64,000 nucleotides of DNA from Heterodontus francisci (GCF_036365525.1 NC_090394.1:15748528-15812527); one strand, 5' to 3'. Counted from the first letter of the stretch, positions 1 to 12,382 are shown. Numbers and translations are program-made. Notes: generated by a model from the sequence alone, not told the origin.

Positions 1-59
1 CATTACACCTCCTTCGATTACATAGGAAGGTGCCATCGGAAGGGGGCGAGGTGTCGGGG

Positions 60-770
60 GTAATGTAGGAGTGTAGTGGAGGTAGCTGTGGGAGACAGTG
101 GGCTAATAATGAATATTAGTGCACAATCTATCCCCAGAGATAGAGACAGAAAAGTCGAGGAAGGGAAGTGTCAGAGATGGACCAGGGTGTTGCGGAGGGA
201 ACGACCCCTTTGGAATGTTGACAGGGGAGGGGAGGGCAAGATGCATTTGGGTGGTGGCATCACGCTGGAGGTGGTGGAAATGGCGGAGGATGATCCTTTG
301 GATGTGGAGGCTGGTGGGGTGAAAAGTGAGGACAAGGGAACCCTGTCGCGGTTCTGGGAGGGAGGGGAAGGGGTGAGGGCAGCAGTGCGGGAAATGGGCC
401 GGACACGGTTGTAGGCCGTCAACCATACTGGGGGGGGGCGGGAAATCCTCGGTTGAAGAAAAAGATATAGATCATAGATCATATCAGAAGCGCTGTTGTG
501 GAAGGGCGCATCATTGGAGCAGATAGATCCGTTGGAGATGGAGAAACTGGGAGAATGGATTGGAGTCCTTACAGCAGACAAGGTATGAAGGAGTGTAGTG
601 GAGGTAGCTGTGGGAGACAGTGGGCTAATAATGAATATTAGTGGACAATCTATCCCCAGAGATAGAGACAGAAAAGTCGAGGAAGGGAAGTGTCAGAGAT
701 GGACCATGTAAAGGTGAAAAAAGGGTGAAAATTGGAATTAAAGTTGATAAAGTTTTCCAGTTCGGATTAA
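60..770 (-). mobile_element. Penelope-like element fragment (RT C-terminus/linker) with an internal 118-bp duplication
   Basis: Minus-strand peptides LPFLDFSVSISGDRL and PSPPLSTFQRGRSLRNTLVH match the larger element at 31337-34720 (LFLDFSVSISGDRL, PSPPLSAFRRSHSLCDTLIH). 67-184 equals 589-706 with one mismatch. Confidence 0.75.
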
Positions 771-919
771 GGAGATGATTGATGTGGAGAGAAGAAGCCA
801 CAAGTTATCTTTGCTCTCCAGAATGATCCTGGTGCAGCAGGTGGTTCTGGCAGAAGACAATAGCTGGTAGTGTTTGGTCCAGCCAGATTTCGGACAGCTC
901 ACTAACCAGAGTGCCCTGG

Positions 920-3900
920 ATTTTTTTTTATTCTTTCAGGGATGTGGGTGTCGCTGGCCAGGCCAGCATTTATTGCCCATCCCTAATTGCCCTTGAGAAG
1001 GTGGTGTTGAGCTGCCTTCTTGAACCGCTGCAGTCGATTTGGGGTCAGTATACCCACAGTGCTGTTAGGAAGGGAGTTCCAGGATTTTGACTCAGCGACA
1101 GTGAAGGAACGGCAATATAGTTCCAAGTCAGGATGGTGTGCAACTTGGAGGGGAACTTGCAGGTGGTGGTGTTCCCATGCATTTGCTGCCCTTGTCCTTC
1201 TAGTTGGTAGAGGTCGCGGGTTTGGAAGGTGCTGTCGAAGGAGCCTTGGTGCATTGCTGCAGTGCATCTTGTAGATGGTACACACTGCTACCACTGTGCG
1301 TCGGTGGTGGAGGGAGTGAATGTTTGTAGATGGGGTGCCAATCAAGCAGGCTGCTTTGTCCTGGATGGTGTTGAGCTTCTTGAGTGTTGTTGGAGCTGCA
1401 CCCATCCAGACAAGTGGAGAGTATTCCGTCACACTCCTGACTGATGCCTTGTAGATGGTGGACAGGCTTTGGGGAGTCAGGAGGTGAGTTACTTGCCTCA
1501 GGATTCCTAGCCTCTGACCTGCTCTTGTAGCCATGGTATTTATATGGTTACTCCAGTTCAGTTTCTGGTCAATGGTAACCCCTAGGATGTTGATAGTGGG
1601 GGATTCAGTGATGGTAATGCCATTGAATGTCAAGGGGAGATGGTTAGATTCTCTCTTGTTGGAGATGGTCATTGCTTGGCACTTGTGTGGTGCGAATGTT
1701 ACTTGCCACTTATCAGCCCAAGCCTGGATATTGTCCAGGTCTTGCTACATTTTTACACAGACTGCTTCAGTATCTGAGGAGTCACAAATGGTGCTGAACA
1801 TTGTGCAATCATCAGCGAACATCCCCACTTCTGACCTTATGATTGAAGGTAGGTCATTGATGAAGCAGCTGAAGATGGTTGGGCCAAGGACATTACCCTG
1901 GAGGAACTCCTGCAATGATGTTCTGGAGCTCAGATGATTGACCACCAACAACCACAACCATCTTCCTTTGCGCTAGGTATGACTCCAGCCAGCGGAGGGT
2001 TTTCCCCCTGATTCCCATGGACTTCAGTTTTGCTAGGGCTCCTTGATGCCGTACTGAGTCAAATGCTGCCTTGATGTCAAGGGCAGTCGCTCTCACCTCA
2101 CCTCTTGACATCAGCTCTTTTGTCCAAGGCTGTAATGAGGTCAGGAGCTGAGTGGCCCTGGCAGAACCCAAACTGAGCGTCCCAGAGGCAGGTTATTGCT
2201 AAACAAGTGCCGCTTGATGGCACCGTTGATGACACCTTCCATCACTTTACTGATGATTGAAAGTAGGCTGATGAGGCGGTAATTGGCCGGGTTGGACTTG
2301 TCCTGCTTTTTGTGTACAGGACATACCTGGGCAATTTTCCACAGTGCAGGGTTGATGCCAGTGTTGCAGCTGTACTGGAACAGCTTGGCTAGGGCCGCGG
2401 AAAGTTCTGGAGCACAGGTCTTCAATACTATTGCTAGAATATTGTCAGGGCCCATAGCTTTTGCAGTATCCAGTGCCTTCAGTCGTTTCTTGATATCACG
2501 TGGAGTGAATCGAATTGGCTGAAGTCTGGCATCTGCGATGCTGTGGACTTCAGGAGGAGGCCGAGATGGATCATCAACTCGGCACTTCTGGCTGAAGATT
2601 GTTGCAAATGCTTCAGCCTTATCTTTCGCACTGATTTGCTGGGTTCCCCCATCATTGAGGATGGGGATATTTGTGGAGCCACCTCCTCCAGTTAGTTGTT
2701 TAATTGTCCACCACCATTCACGGCTGGATGTGGCAGGACTGCAGAGCTTAGATCTAATCCGTTGGTTATGAGATCACTTCGCTCTGTCTATTACGTGCTC
2801 CTTACGCAGTTTGGCACGCAGATAGTCCTGTGTTGTAGCTTCACCAGGTTGACACCTTATTTTGAGGTATGCCTGGTGCTGCTCCTGGCATGCCCTCCTG
2901 CACTCTTTATTGAACCAGAGTTGGTCTCCTGGCTTGATGGTAATGGTAGAGTGGGGGATATGCCGGGCCATGAGGTTACAGATTGTGGTTGAGTACAATT
3001 CTGCTGCTGCTGATGGCCCACAGCGCCTCATGGACGCACGGTGGTAGTGCAACACAACACGATGGATGGTGTCCTCAATGTGAAGGCAGGACTTCGTCTC
3101 CACAAGGACTGCGCGGTGGTCACTCCTATCAATAGTCATGGACAAAAGCATCTGCGGCAGGCAGATTGGTGAGGACGAGGTCAAGTCTGTTCTTCCCTCT
3201 TGTTGGTTCCCTCACCACCTGCCGCAGACCCAGTCTAGCAGCCAAGTCCTTTAGGACTTGGCCAGCTCGGTCAGTAGTGGGGCTACCGAGCCACTCTTGG
3301 TGATGGACATTGAAGTCCCCCATCCAGAGTACATTTTGTGTCCTTGCCACCCTCAGTGCTTCCTCCAAGTGGTGTTCAACATGGAGGAGTACTGAGTCAT
3401 CAGCTGAGAGAGGGCGGTAGGTGGTAATCAGTAGGAGGTTACCTTGCCCATGTTTGACCTGATGCCATGAGACTTCATGAGGTCCGGAGTCGATGTTGAG
3501 GACTCCAAGGGCAACTCCTTCCCTACTGTATACCACTGTGCCACCATCTCTGTCGGTGGGACAGGACATACCTGGGGATGGTGATGGCAGTGTCTGGGAC
3601 AGTGTCTATAAGGTATGATTCCATGAGTATGACTATGTCAGGCTGCTGCTTGACTAGTCTGTGGGACACCTCTCCCAACTTTGGCACAAGCCCCCAGATG
3701 TTAGTAAGGAGGACTTTGCAGAGTCGACAGGGCTGGGTTTGCCGTTGTCGTTTCCGGTGCCTAGGTCGATGCCGGGTGGTCCGTCCGGTTTCATTCCTTT
3801 TTCTTGACTTCGTAGCGGTTCGGTACAACTGAGTGGCTTGCTAGGCCATTTCAGAGGGCATGTATGAGTTAACCACATTGCTATGGGTCTGGAGTCACAT

Positions 3901-4147
3901 GTAGGCCAGACCAAGTAAGGACAGCAGATTTCCTTCCCTAAAGGACATCAGTGAACCAGATGGGTTTTTACAACAATCGACAATGGTTTCATGGCCATCA
4001 TTAGACTAGCTTTTAATTCCAGATTTATTAATTGAATTCAAATTCCACCTTCTGCTGTGATGGGATTCAAACCCATGTCCCCAGAGAAATACCCTGGGTC
4101 TCTGGGTTACTAGTCCAGTGAATATACCACTACGCCACTGCCTACCC
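920..4147 (-). mobile_element. Near full-length, frameshifted CR1/L2-group LINE (APE endonuclease + RT, no ORF1) with a tRNA-like 5' head
   Basis: Endonuclease motifs KVLLTNIWGL, DIVILMESYL, MGDFNVHH, DLVLTN, SDH. RT motifs NYRLISLLSIISKVME, ALDIKAAFD, FADD. A-rich 3' tail near 920-935. A box at 4137-4127 and B box at 4073-4063. Exact clade not determined. Confidence 0.85.
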
Positions 4148-4672
4148 TGCATAATTCCTGCATGCCCTTCCCCTTTCCTTAACCCTATCTTGTTAATTGT
4201 GGTCCCTTCAGCTTCTTTGCTATGTCTCTGTGGTTTGACTCAAACCTGTGTCCCACTACTGAAGCTGCCCTGCCCTTGCCACAATCCAGCTCTGCTGTTT
4301 CGTCGAGATACTTAATTGTCGACTCTAGTGACTGTTGCTACACAGTGCTATTCACCTTACAGCCCATTCCCACAACATGGACTGAGCAGTCAGCTACTTT
4401 CCTATTACGCTTGGACCTGAATCTCTGCCATCACTGATCAGGCAGCCTGACGTGGGCCAGCATGATTGCATGTGGCAGTTCTTCTAACCTGCATAGGTGA
4501 AGCTGCATGTCATTTTCTACACAGACCTAAACGTGGTTACATTTTCACAATGATTCCAAAACCAATACAATCAGGGTGGAGGAGAGGAACCTTGTTACTC
4601 CCACAAACTAAATAAAAATCTAGCTCAGGTCATGCCATTTTAAGAACTACTGATCCAGATAGAAATTCAGCA

Positions 4673-4988
4673 GGCACAGTGGTTAGCACCGCAGCCTCAC
4701 AGCTCCAGGGATCCGGGTTCGATTCTGGGTACTGTCTGTGTGGAGTTTGCAAGTTCTCCCTGTGTCTGCGTGGGTTTTCGACGGGTGCTCCAGTTTCCTT
4801 CCACATCCAAAGACTTGCAGGTGATAGGTAAATTGGCCATTGTAAATTGCCCCTAGTGTAGGGAGGTGATAGGGAATATGGGATTACTGTAGGGTTAGTA
4901 TAAATGGGTGGTTGTTGGTCGGCACAGACTCGGTGAGCCGAAGGGCCAGTTTCAGTGCTGTATCTCTAAACTAAACTAAACTAAACTA
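4673..4988 (+). mobile_element. HE1/V-SINE-like tRNA-derived SINE, copy 1
   Basis: CAGTGGTTAGCAC head, GGTTCGATTC B box, V-domain-like TCTCCCTGTGTCTGCGTGGGTTT, CR1-like tail and (CTAAA)n end. Confidence 0.88.
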
Positions 4989-6053
4989 GATAAAAGCAGA
5001 TAATTCTTTTTTTCATGGCAATCCATTGCCTTCAGTGCTTTGGGATGGACTGTTCATATAAGCTGCTACAAAATAAAAAGAGCTTTGGACCATCAGAGAG
5101 AAACTAGCTGTAACAGAAACTGAGGAACAGAGCAGTCCTGAATCTAAAAGTATAAGGAAATCATATCCTTTGAAGCACGAAGGGATTGTCTAAATGATCA
5201 TAATGGAATCCAAAATTTTGCATGATGCAACACCACCTATCCTTCAATAGAAGCATTACCTGACCCTTCCTTCCTTCTCCTTATTAAGTCAATGTTGCAG
5301 CCGCTTCCAAAGGCGCAGACTACTATCCATGCCCACCCCCAGAGGAATCCAAGCCCAACAGAAATACTACCTGCTGAGCCACCACTCCCTCCCCTTCTAG
5401 TTCCCTCTTCCCCTCCTCGCTCCTCTACCCATACTAATCTTCCTACTATCCTCGACCACGCCCCTCCTCGCCCATCCTTTTCTCTCTTACTTCTCCACCC
5501 CATTATACTCCTTCCCCCTCCCATCCCTCTTGATACCTCTCTTTTTCATCACATATGGTTCTCTCTTGCCTTGCATGGCCCTATTATTCTCCCTTCTTCC
5601 AACTTGTTGAACAGGAGTACTGCCTTAGTTTTGAGTACCCATTTGCAACCGCATAGGAGATAGACTAGTAGATATATAATTGTTACAAATGTATCAGCTA
5701 CCATTCCTATTCCTGCGTCCTTTTATGTTCATACATTCACGAAATGCGAGCGTCACTGGCAAGGTCTGCATTTATTGGCCATGCCTAATTGGCCTTGAGA
5801 AGGTGAATGACTCCTCCTGGAAGTTTATGACTTTGGGCGATGACAGAGTTGTACTCCATGACAGAACAACTCACGATCACTCACTGTCCTGGCTGAAAGT
5901 ATGGTCGCATGGATGAGGCACTAAAGGATTAACAGAACTCAGGGAACCATAGTCCAGCATGGGTTACTGCCTTCAGAACAAAAGGGAGCTTGAGGGAGAA
6001 ACAATAAAGGGAAATCTGATTAAAAGGCAAAATAAATAAAAGGGAGTATTTAC

Positions 6054-6171
6054 CTCATCTTCCTTCCATTCAGAGAAGTCAATCTTAAAAGAAGGAAGTG
6101 AGAACTGCTGGCTCACCCCTCTCTTGTAATGGATGGTCTCAGATTGCATAGAAGGATGCTTCGATGTATAT
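6054..6171 (-). CDS. MGRN1: MGRN1 coding exon 5 (118 bp)
   Basis: (V)YTSKHPSMQSETIHYKRGVSQQFSLPSFKIDFSEWKEDE. Acceptor TTTTAG|A, donor GAG|GTAAAT; phase 2 in, phase 0 out. Confidence 0.95.
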
Positions 6172-6699
6172 CTAAAATAAACAAAAAGCAAAAAATGTAA
6201 TAATAGCTTTCTCCTAACTAATAACACAAAGGTTCAGACATCTAATGCTATCACTGACTAACTTCATACTACATACAGAAATTTGTGCTAAACAGCATTG
6301 AATTAAAATAGGTAGCAAGCAGTTCAACAGGAGTTCCTGCTGGTGAGTATCCTTTCTGGCCCCAGGTGGCAACTGGGAGATATCAAAGTTGAAAAACACA
6401 ATGCCAGATGGATGCTGCTGTGGTACAGCTGGAGCCATCCAAATCCTGAAAGAATATACGTTTGCAGAATTCTTTAAGGGGCTACTTACTGACATTAGGT
6501 AAGTAGCTTTCTGCAAAAAGAAGTGATGCAAAATAAGTAGCTATCAAAGGAAACAAAAACAAAACAAAAATCAAAACGGTGAACATGATCATAAAGCTTT
6601 GACATTAAATGGATTTTGATGAATGATAATTTTCTTTAATCCACTGGCTGGAGATCTGAATTTATATATATTTTTAAAAAGACATTTTTAAAAGACAAG

Positions 6700-7560
6700 C
6701 TGCCAGAAAAGTCATCCTTTCAGCTTAAGGTGATCACCTAGTTTGCTACACTGTATTCTACATTGCAAAGGGCTGTGAGGAGAGACACAAAATGTCTGCT
6801 CAGTCCTCAGCAAGAATCAAGATCCAGGAAGTTTAAAGGAACTACCTGTTCTCTCAGCAAGCAGAGAAATACTGCTAACTGCTATGTTTGAATGAGTGAG
6901 TGACTGTCATGTGACAAGCTCCTCCCCATCTGTGGTTTTAAGTTGTTGTTTTTCTCTGCAGCAGAGAAGTAACTGGACTCTGACATGAGCATACCCTAAG
7001 TGGGGCTTCCCCCTCTCTCTGCCATTCCAGCTCGAAAGCTTTCAAATTCTGCCGGTTGACTGACCATCTTTGCATTGTCCGGCTACAATCTGAAACCCTG
7101 CTGGAGGAAATCATCCGCATTGCTATCTCCAAGAGACTCAATGAACCAATCATCTACCTCTTCAAACTAAAAGCCTCAGGACCACAGAATTCAGCTAGAA
7201 GCCAGCCAAATCACAAAACGCCACAGACTGAATACACTTTTGTTTTATAAACTCTAACTCAACCAATCTACCTTTCCCCACTCTGTAACCTGTTTGTGTA
7301 TGCGTAAACCTCCAGTATGTGTGAGAGACTGAAAGTTGGCATGTTGTTTATCATTTTATTAGTTCGGTTTAGCTACAATAAAGTTAACCTCTTTCTTTGT
7401 TAATTCAAGAAAACCTGTCAGATTGGCTCTTAGCAAGTAAGTAACCAAACACCTACTAAATTAGCCAGTACATCCACTTTAAGAAAGAATTAAACCAGTG
7501 TGCTCCAACAAGGAGACTGAAAACAGGGAAGCCCTTCAACCCCCCCCCCCCCCCCCCCTC
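6700..7560 (+). mobile_element. Decayed LTR fragment related to the Gypsy LTR at 11529-12376
   Basis: 7375-7540 aligns by eye with 12178-12360 (ACCTCTTTCTT, AAACCTGTC, TACATCC, AACAAGGAGA). Left boundary uncertain. Confidence 0.55.
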
Positions 7561-7597
7561 ATGCAATATGGGTAAAAACGCCAGATGTTACCTCCAC

Positions 7598-7975
7598 TGC
7601 AACAACAACTTGCATTTATATAGCACTTTTAATGTCATGAAACATCCCAAGGTGCTTCACATGAGCATTATCAAACAAAATTCAACACCCAGCCACATAA
7701 AGAGCTATTAGGCCAGATGACAGTAAGCTTGGAGAAAGAAAGGTTTTGAAGAGCCTTGTAAAGGGAGGAGAGAGAGAAAGGCAGATAAGTTTAAAGAGGG
7801 AATTCCAGAGCTTAGGGCTTTGGCAGCAGAAAGCACTATGATTATCAGGGATGTGCAAGAGGCCAGGATTCAAGAAACACCGATATCTCAGAGGGCTGTG
7901 GGGCTGAAGGAGATGAGAGACTGGAAGGGGTGAGGCCATGAAGGGATTTGAAATCAAGGATAAGATGGAGGCATT
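7598..7975 (-). mobile_element. L2-type LINE 3' fragment
   Basis: Typical L2 3' end (CTATATAAATGCAAGTTGTTG on minus) and PKLWNSL peptide. Confidence 0.65.
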
Positions 7976-8284
7976 CCCAATCTATCCCCCTTAGCACAGA
8001 TAGAGGAAAGAGAGGGGGAGCCCCACTTAGGGTCTGCTCATGTCAAGAGTCCAGTTGCTTCTCTTCTGCTCATCCGCTGTTGAAACCCTCATCCATGCCT
8101 TTGTTATGCCTAGACTTGACTATTCCAAAGCATTCCTGGCTAGCCTCCCATATTCCACCCTCCATAAACTTGAAATCATCAAGACTCTGCTGCCCTTGTC
8201 CTTTCACCCATCATTCCTGTGCTTATTGATCCAAGACTGGTTCTCGGTTAAGCAATGTTTCAATTTTAAATCCCCAGTTTGAAT

Positions 8285-9878
8285 GCTTAAAGTGGTGGAT
8301 GGGGTGCCAATGAATCAGGCTGCTTTATCCTGGATGGTGTTGAGCTTTTTGAGTGTTGTTGGAGCTGCACTCAGACAGGGAAGTGGAGAGTATTCTATCA
8401 CACTCCTAACTTATGTCTTGTAGATGGACAGGCTTTGGGGAGTCAGATGGTGAGTTACGCGCCGCAAAATTCCCAGCCTCTGAACTGCTTTTGTAGCCAC
8501 AGCATTTATGTGGCTGGTCCAGTTAAGTTTCTGGTTAATGGTAACCTCCAGGATGTTGATGGCAGGGTATTCAACGATGGTAATGCCGCTGAATGTCAAG
8601 GGAAGATGGTCAGATTCTCTCTTCTTGGCGCTAGTCATTACCCGACATATCACCTGGCACGAATGTTATCAGGCCAAGACTGAATGTTGTCCAGGTCTTG
8701 CTGCATACAAGCACAGAATGCTTCAATATCTGAGGAATTACGAAAGGGGATGAACACTGTGCAATCATCAGCACTCATCCCCATATCTGAACATAACCTA
8801 AGAAATAGGAGCAGGAGTAGACCATATGGCCCCTTGAACCTGCTCCACCATTCTATATGATCATGTCTGACCTTAGGATGGAAGGGATGCCCCTGATAAA
8901 GCAGGTGAAGATGGATGGGCCTGGGACACTGGTCCTGAGGAATGCCTGCAGCAATGTCCTGGGGTTCAAATAACTCCAACAACCACAACCATCTCCCTTT
9001 CTGATGGGTATGACTCCAACCAGTGGCGAGCTCCCCCCATCCCGATTCCCATTGACTCCAGTTTTACTACGCTTCCTTGATGCCACAGTCAACTGTTGCC
9101 TTGATGTCAAGTGCAGTCACTCACTCCTCACTGCTAGAATTCAGCTCTTTTGCCCATATTTGGACCAAAGCTATAATGAGGTTTGGAGCTGAGCGACTCT
9201 GCTGGAACCCAAATTGAGCATCGGTGAGCAGATTATTGCTGAGTTAGTGACGCTTGATAGCACTATCAATAACACCTTCCATCACTTTGCTGATGATCAA
9301 GAGGAGACTGATGAGCTGGTAATTGGCCGGATTAGATCTTTAGTTTAGTTTAGTTTAGAGATACAGCACTGAAACAGGCCCTTCGGCCCACCGAGTCTGT
9401 GCCGACCATCAACCATCCATTTATACTAATCCTACACTAATTCCATATTCCTACCACATCCCCACCTGTCCCTATATTTCCCTACCACCTACCTATGCTA
9501 GGGGCAATTTATAATGACCAATTAACCTATCAACCAGCAAGTCTTTGGCATGTGGGAGGAAACCGGAGCACCCGGAGGAAACCCACGCAGACACAGGGAG
9601 AACTTGCAAACTCCACACAGGCAGTACCCAGTATTGAACCCGGGTCGCTGGAGCTGTGAGGCTGCGGTGCTAACCACTGCGCCGCCTTTCTGTCCTGCTT
9701 TTTCTGGACAGTACATACCTGGGCAATGTTCCACATTGTCAGGTAGATACCAGTGTTGTAGCTGTACTGCAACAGCTTGGCAAGGGGCATGGCTAGTTCT
9801 GGAGTACAAGTCTTCAGCACCACAGCCAGGATGTTGTCAAGTCCTTTGCTGTATCCAGTGCCTTCAGCCGTTTCTTGA
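8285..9878 (-). mobile_element. Second, older RT-region copy of the 920-4147 LINE family, interrupted by a CR1 3' tail (~8790-8870) and a SINE
   Basis: Colinear homology to ~1320-2495; peptides HLPLTFSGITIVEYPAINILEVTINQKLNW and DNILAVVLKTCTPELAMPLAKL. Confidence 0.85.
9339..9686 (-). mobile_element. HE1/V-SINE-like SINE, copy 2, nested in a LINE
   Basis: Reverse complement of the SINE consensus seen in the other copies; (TTTAG)n at 9339-9358; LINE sequence resumes on both sides. Confidence 0.9.
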
Positions 9879-10000
9879 GGAAGAAGTAGAGAAAACATAA
9901 TAGAATTTACGAGCTGCAGTTAGAATCTTAAGTGTCCAGATTCCATTATCCGCCCTGGCCACGATCTCAAGTTGAACCGGATACTTCACAACCTCACTAC

Positions 10001-10854
10001 TGTTACAACCAGGTGAGGAAGAGGTCTCGGGTTCCCTTTCAGCCTTCACCTGCTCTTACTGTAATAGGGTTTAATTTTAAACATGCCGTGTTTTTAGCGC
10101 CCCCTTGGTGAATTCTTTTTCACCGCTTTTCAATTATAAGGCAAAGAAACCAGCACAACAGGTTTTCTCAGGTTTAGAGAAGCAAAGTGAAATTTTATTA
10201 AACTTAAACTCTAATTCAGTTAACGCCTACAGATACACGACGCACCCACGCTAGCATGCATACGCAACACACACATGCAAATAGGGACAGAAAAGAGAAG
10301 AAAAATAAAGTGGAAAAGTTTGAGGCAATATCTGAAGAGGGTTTTTGTTACTGCGCTTCGAGCTTGCAGTAGAGTCCTTGATTGAAGGTAGATCTTGCTT
10401 TTCGTTGGGGCCCAGTATTCTTCTTCAACCTTGTTTGCTGCAGGAGACTTTTCTCTCTTGGGGTTCATGTGTCTTCAGTGGGTTTTGGAGTTCCATGAGA
10501 AAGAGATGGGAGCAGACAGACAGGAGAGTTCTTCTTCAGTCCAAGAGCATTCTGCTTTCTGCAGGCTCTCAGTTCAAACTGCACAATTCAGAAACCCCCA
10601 GGTTGCCACTCAGGTTAGTCATGTGACTAACTGGTCTGACCATGTCTAAGCTCTGTGTATTGTATCATCTTAGCAGGGAATGGAATGCGCTTCCCTGCCT
10701 TCAATGTCTGTTAGTATGTAAATGTTTCTTTCCAGCCAAGGTCTGGCATGCCTTGTAACAAGCCTTCTCTTCTTCCCAGCAACAATTTGAAATTTACTGT
10801 CCATGTGGTGAAATTAATATGCCTCATTCTTGGCAGGTGGGGGCCTGCACGACA
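10001..10854 (-). mobile_element. Solo LTR (Gypsy-type)
   Basis: On minus begins TGTCGTG and ends GTAACA. Shares GCCAA(GA)ATGAGGC..TTAATT near its start and the terminal structure with the LTR at 11529-12376. AATAAA present. No clean TSD. Confidence 0.65.
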
Positions 10855-11809
10855 CCATCCTATTCAATCCTGAGCTGAGGTTCTGACCTCACATGTCCTT
10901 CATCACAAAGACCAGCTACTTCCAATTCCATAACATCACCCACCTCTACCCCTGCAACAGCCCATCTGCTGCTGAAAATTTCATCCGTGCTGTTGTCACT
11001 TCCAGCCTCAAATGCTCTCCTGGCTGGCTTCCCATTCCCCTTCAGCTCATTCAAAACTAATCCATATTCTGTCATGCATAAAGCCCTGCTCACTTACCAC
11101 ATGTCAAGAGTGGATCCCAGCACCCCCCTTAGTGCTGCCAATTTAAAATGATCTTTCATGGCTTGGATGTCCCTGTCAGTGGCAAAGCTGTGCCTTACGC
11201 CACTGACGGCACAAAAAAATACGAACTCACATGGTTTGTAGTTTGCAAGGAAAACTTCTTTTTCTTCCCGCAGCAGAGCCTACCATCAGGACAAGAAGCA
11301 TGCGCTTCCAGCACGGTGCACTGTCAGGGAAGCCATGCCCTCTTTTGACATCACAACCTTGAGGTCTGTGTTTAGTTCAATGAAAGGTAAGTTTTCATAA
11401 ATTTTATTATTAAGCAAGGATTGCATTTGGAGAAAAGTAATATCAGGAGATAAATATATGATACAAATCAGCAAAATTAAAATGTTTGACTCTTTGGGAA
11501 TTGAAATAAATTCTTATTTGATGGTGGCTGTCAAGAAAACATGCTATGCCAAATGAGGCTTCTTAATTCATCGGCTGGAAATCCACATTTAACTTTGAAA
11601 AAGGAAAGCTGGGATCCTACATTTAACTTTTAAAAAGCTGGCAGCCAAGATGGCCACCACGATTTGCATTGAAATACCTCAAATTCCAGGACATCAAATT
11701 GGAGAAGCACGTTTAACGAGGTCCTATCCAGGACTATCCCTCATCACTCTAACGTGTCTGTGTGTGTGTGCGTGTGACAAAGAGAGAAAGAAAGAAAGTG
11801 GAACTATAT

Positions 11810-12007
11810 CACCGTTCCTTCACTGTCGCTGGGTCAAAATTCCTGGAACCCCTTCCCTAATAGCACTGTGGGTGTACCTACACCCCAAGGACTGCAGTGG
11901 TTCAAGAAGGCAGCTACCCACCACCTTCTCAAGGGCAATTCGGGATGGGTAACAAATGCTGGCCTAGCCAGTGACGTCCACATCCCATGAACGAATAAAA
12001 AGAAAAG
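11810..12007 (+). mobile_element. 3' fragment of the 920-4147 LINE family inserted in the 5' LTR
   Basis: Matches the reverse complement of ~925-1112, ending CATCCCATGAACGAATAAAA. Confidence 0.85.
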
Positions 12008-12078
12008 TTTTATTATTTTATCTAGATTGCGTTTAGATTTTTTTTTTTTTTTTTTTAAGTACAACAAACTCACCTCTT

Positions 12079-12177
12079 CTGATGAAAGGTCACTGACCTG
12101 AAACGTTAACTTTGCTTCTCTCTCCACAGATGCTGCCAGACCTGCTGAGTATTTCCAGCACCTTTTGGTTTTATATT
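12079..12177 (+). mobile_element. 99-bp Penelope-terminus insertion with 13-bp TSD and hammerhead-like core
   Basis: AAACTCACCTCTT flanks both sides (12066-12078, 12178-12190). Insert matches the Penelope terminus at 31340-31453 and starts CTGATGA-AAGGTCACTGACCT-GAAACGTTAAC. Confidence 0.75.
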
Positions 12178-12382
12178 AAACTCACCTCTTTCTTGTTTAA
12201 ACTCAAAAAACCTGTCCAATTGGTTCCTTTTTCTGATCACAGCAAAGGTAAAAGATAAAATACTCACTGAAATGGTAAATACATCCGATGTTTAAAAAGG
12301 AATAAACTTTGTTGCAGTCAAACAAGGAGAAGGACAAGAGGGGAGCCTTGTGGCCCCTCCTTATTTGATCTTAACAGAAATT

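Noticed and set aside
4060-4147. A bona fide tRNA gene (also the SINE heads at 44710 and 57498)
   Set aside because: A/B boxes are present but no convincing cloverleaf or T-run terminator, and each continues into repeat body sequence.
905-4155. Target-site duplication around the tRNA-headed LINE (CCCTGGA / CCCTGCA)
   Set aside because: The right-hand match overlaps bases shared with other copies of the head, so it is not an independent TSD.
5237-5663. Pro-rich and Gly-rich ORFs
   Set aside because: Low-complexity pyrimidine tract; no recognisable protein or splice support.
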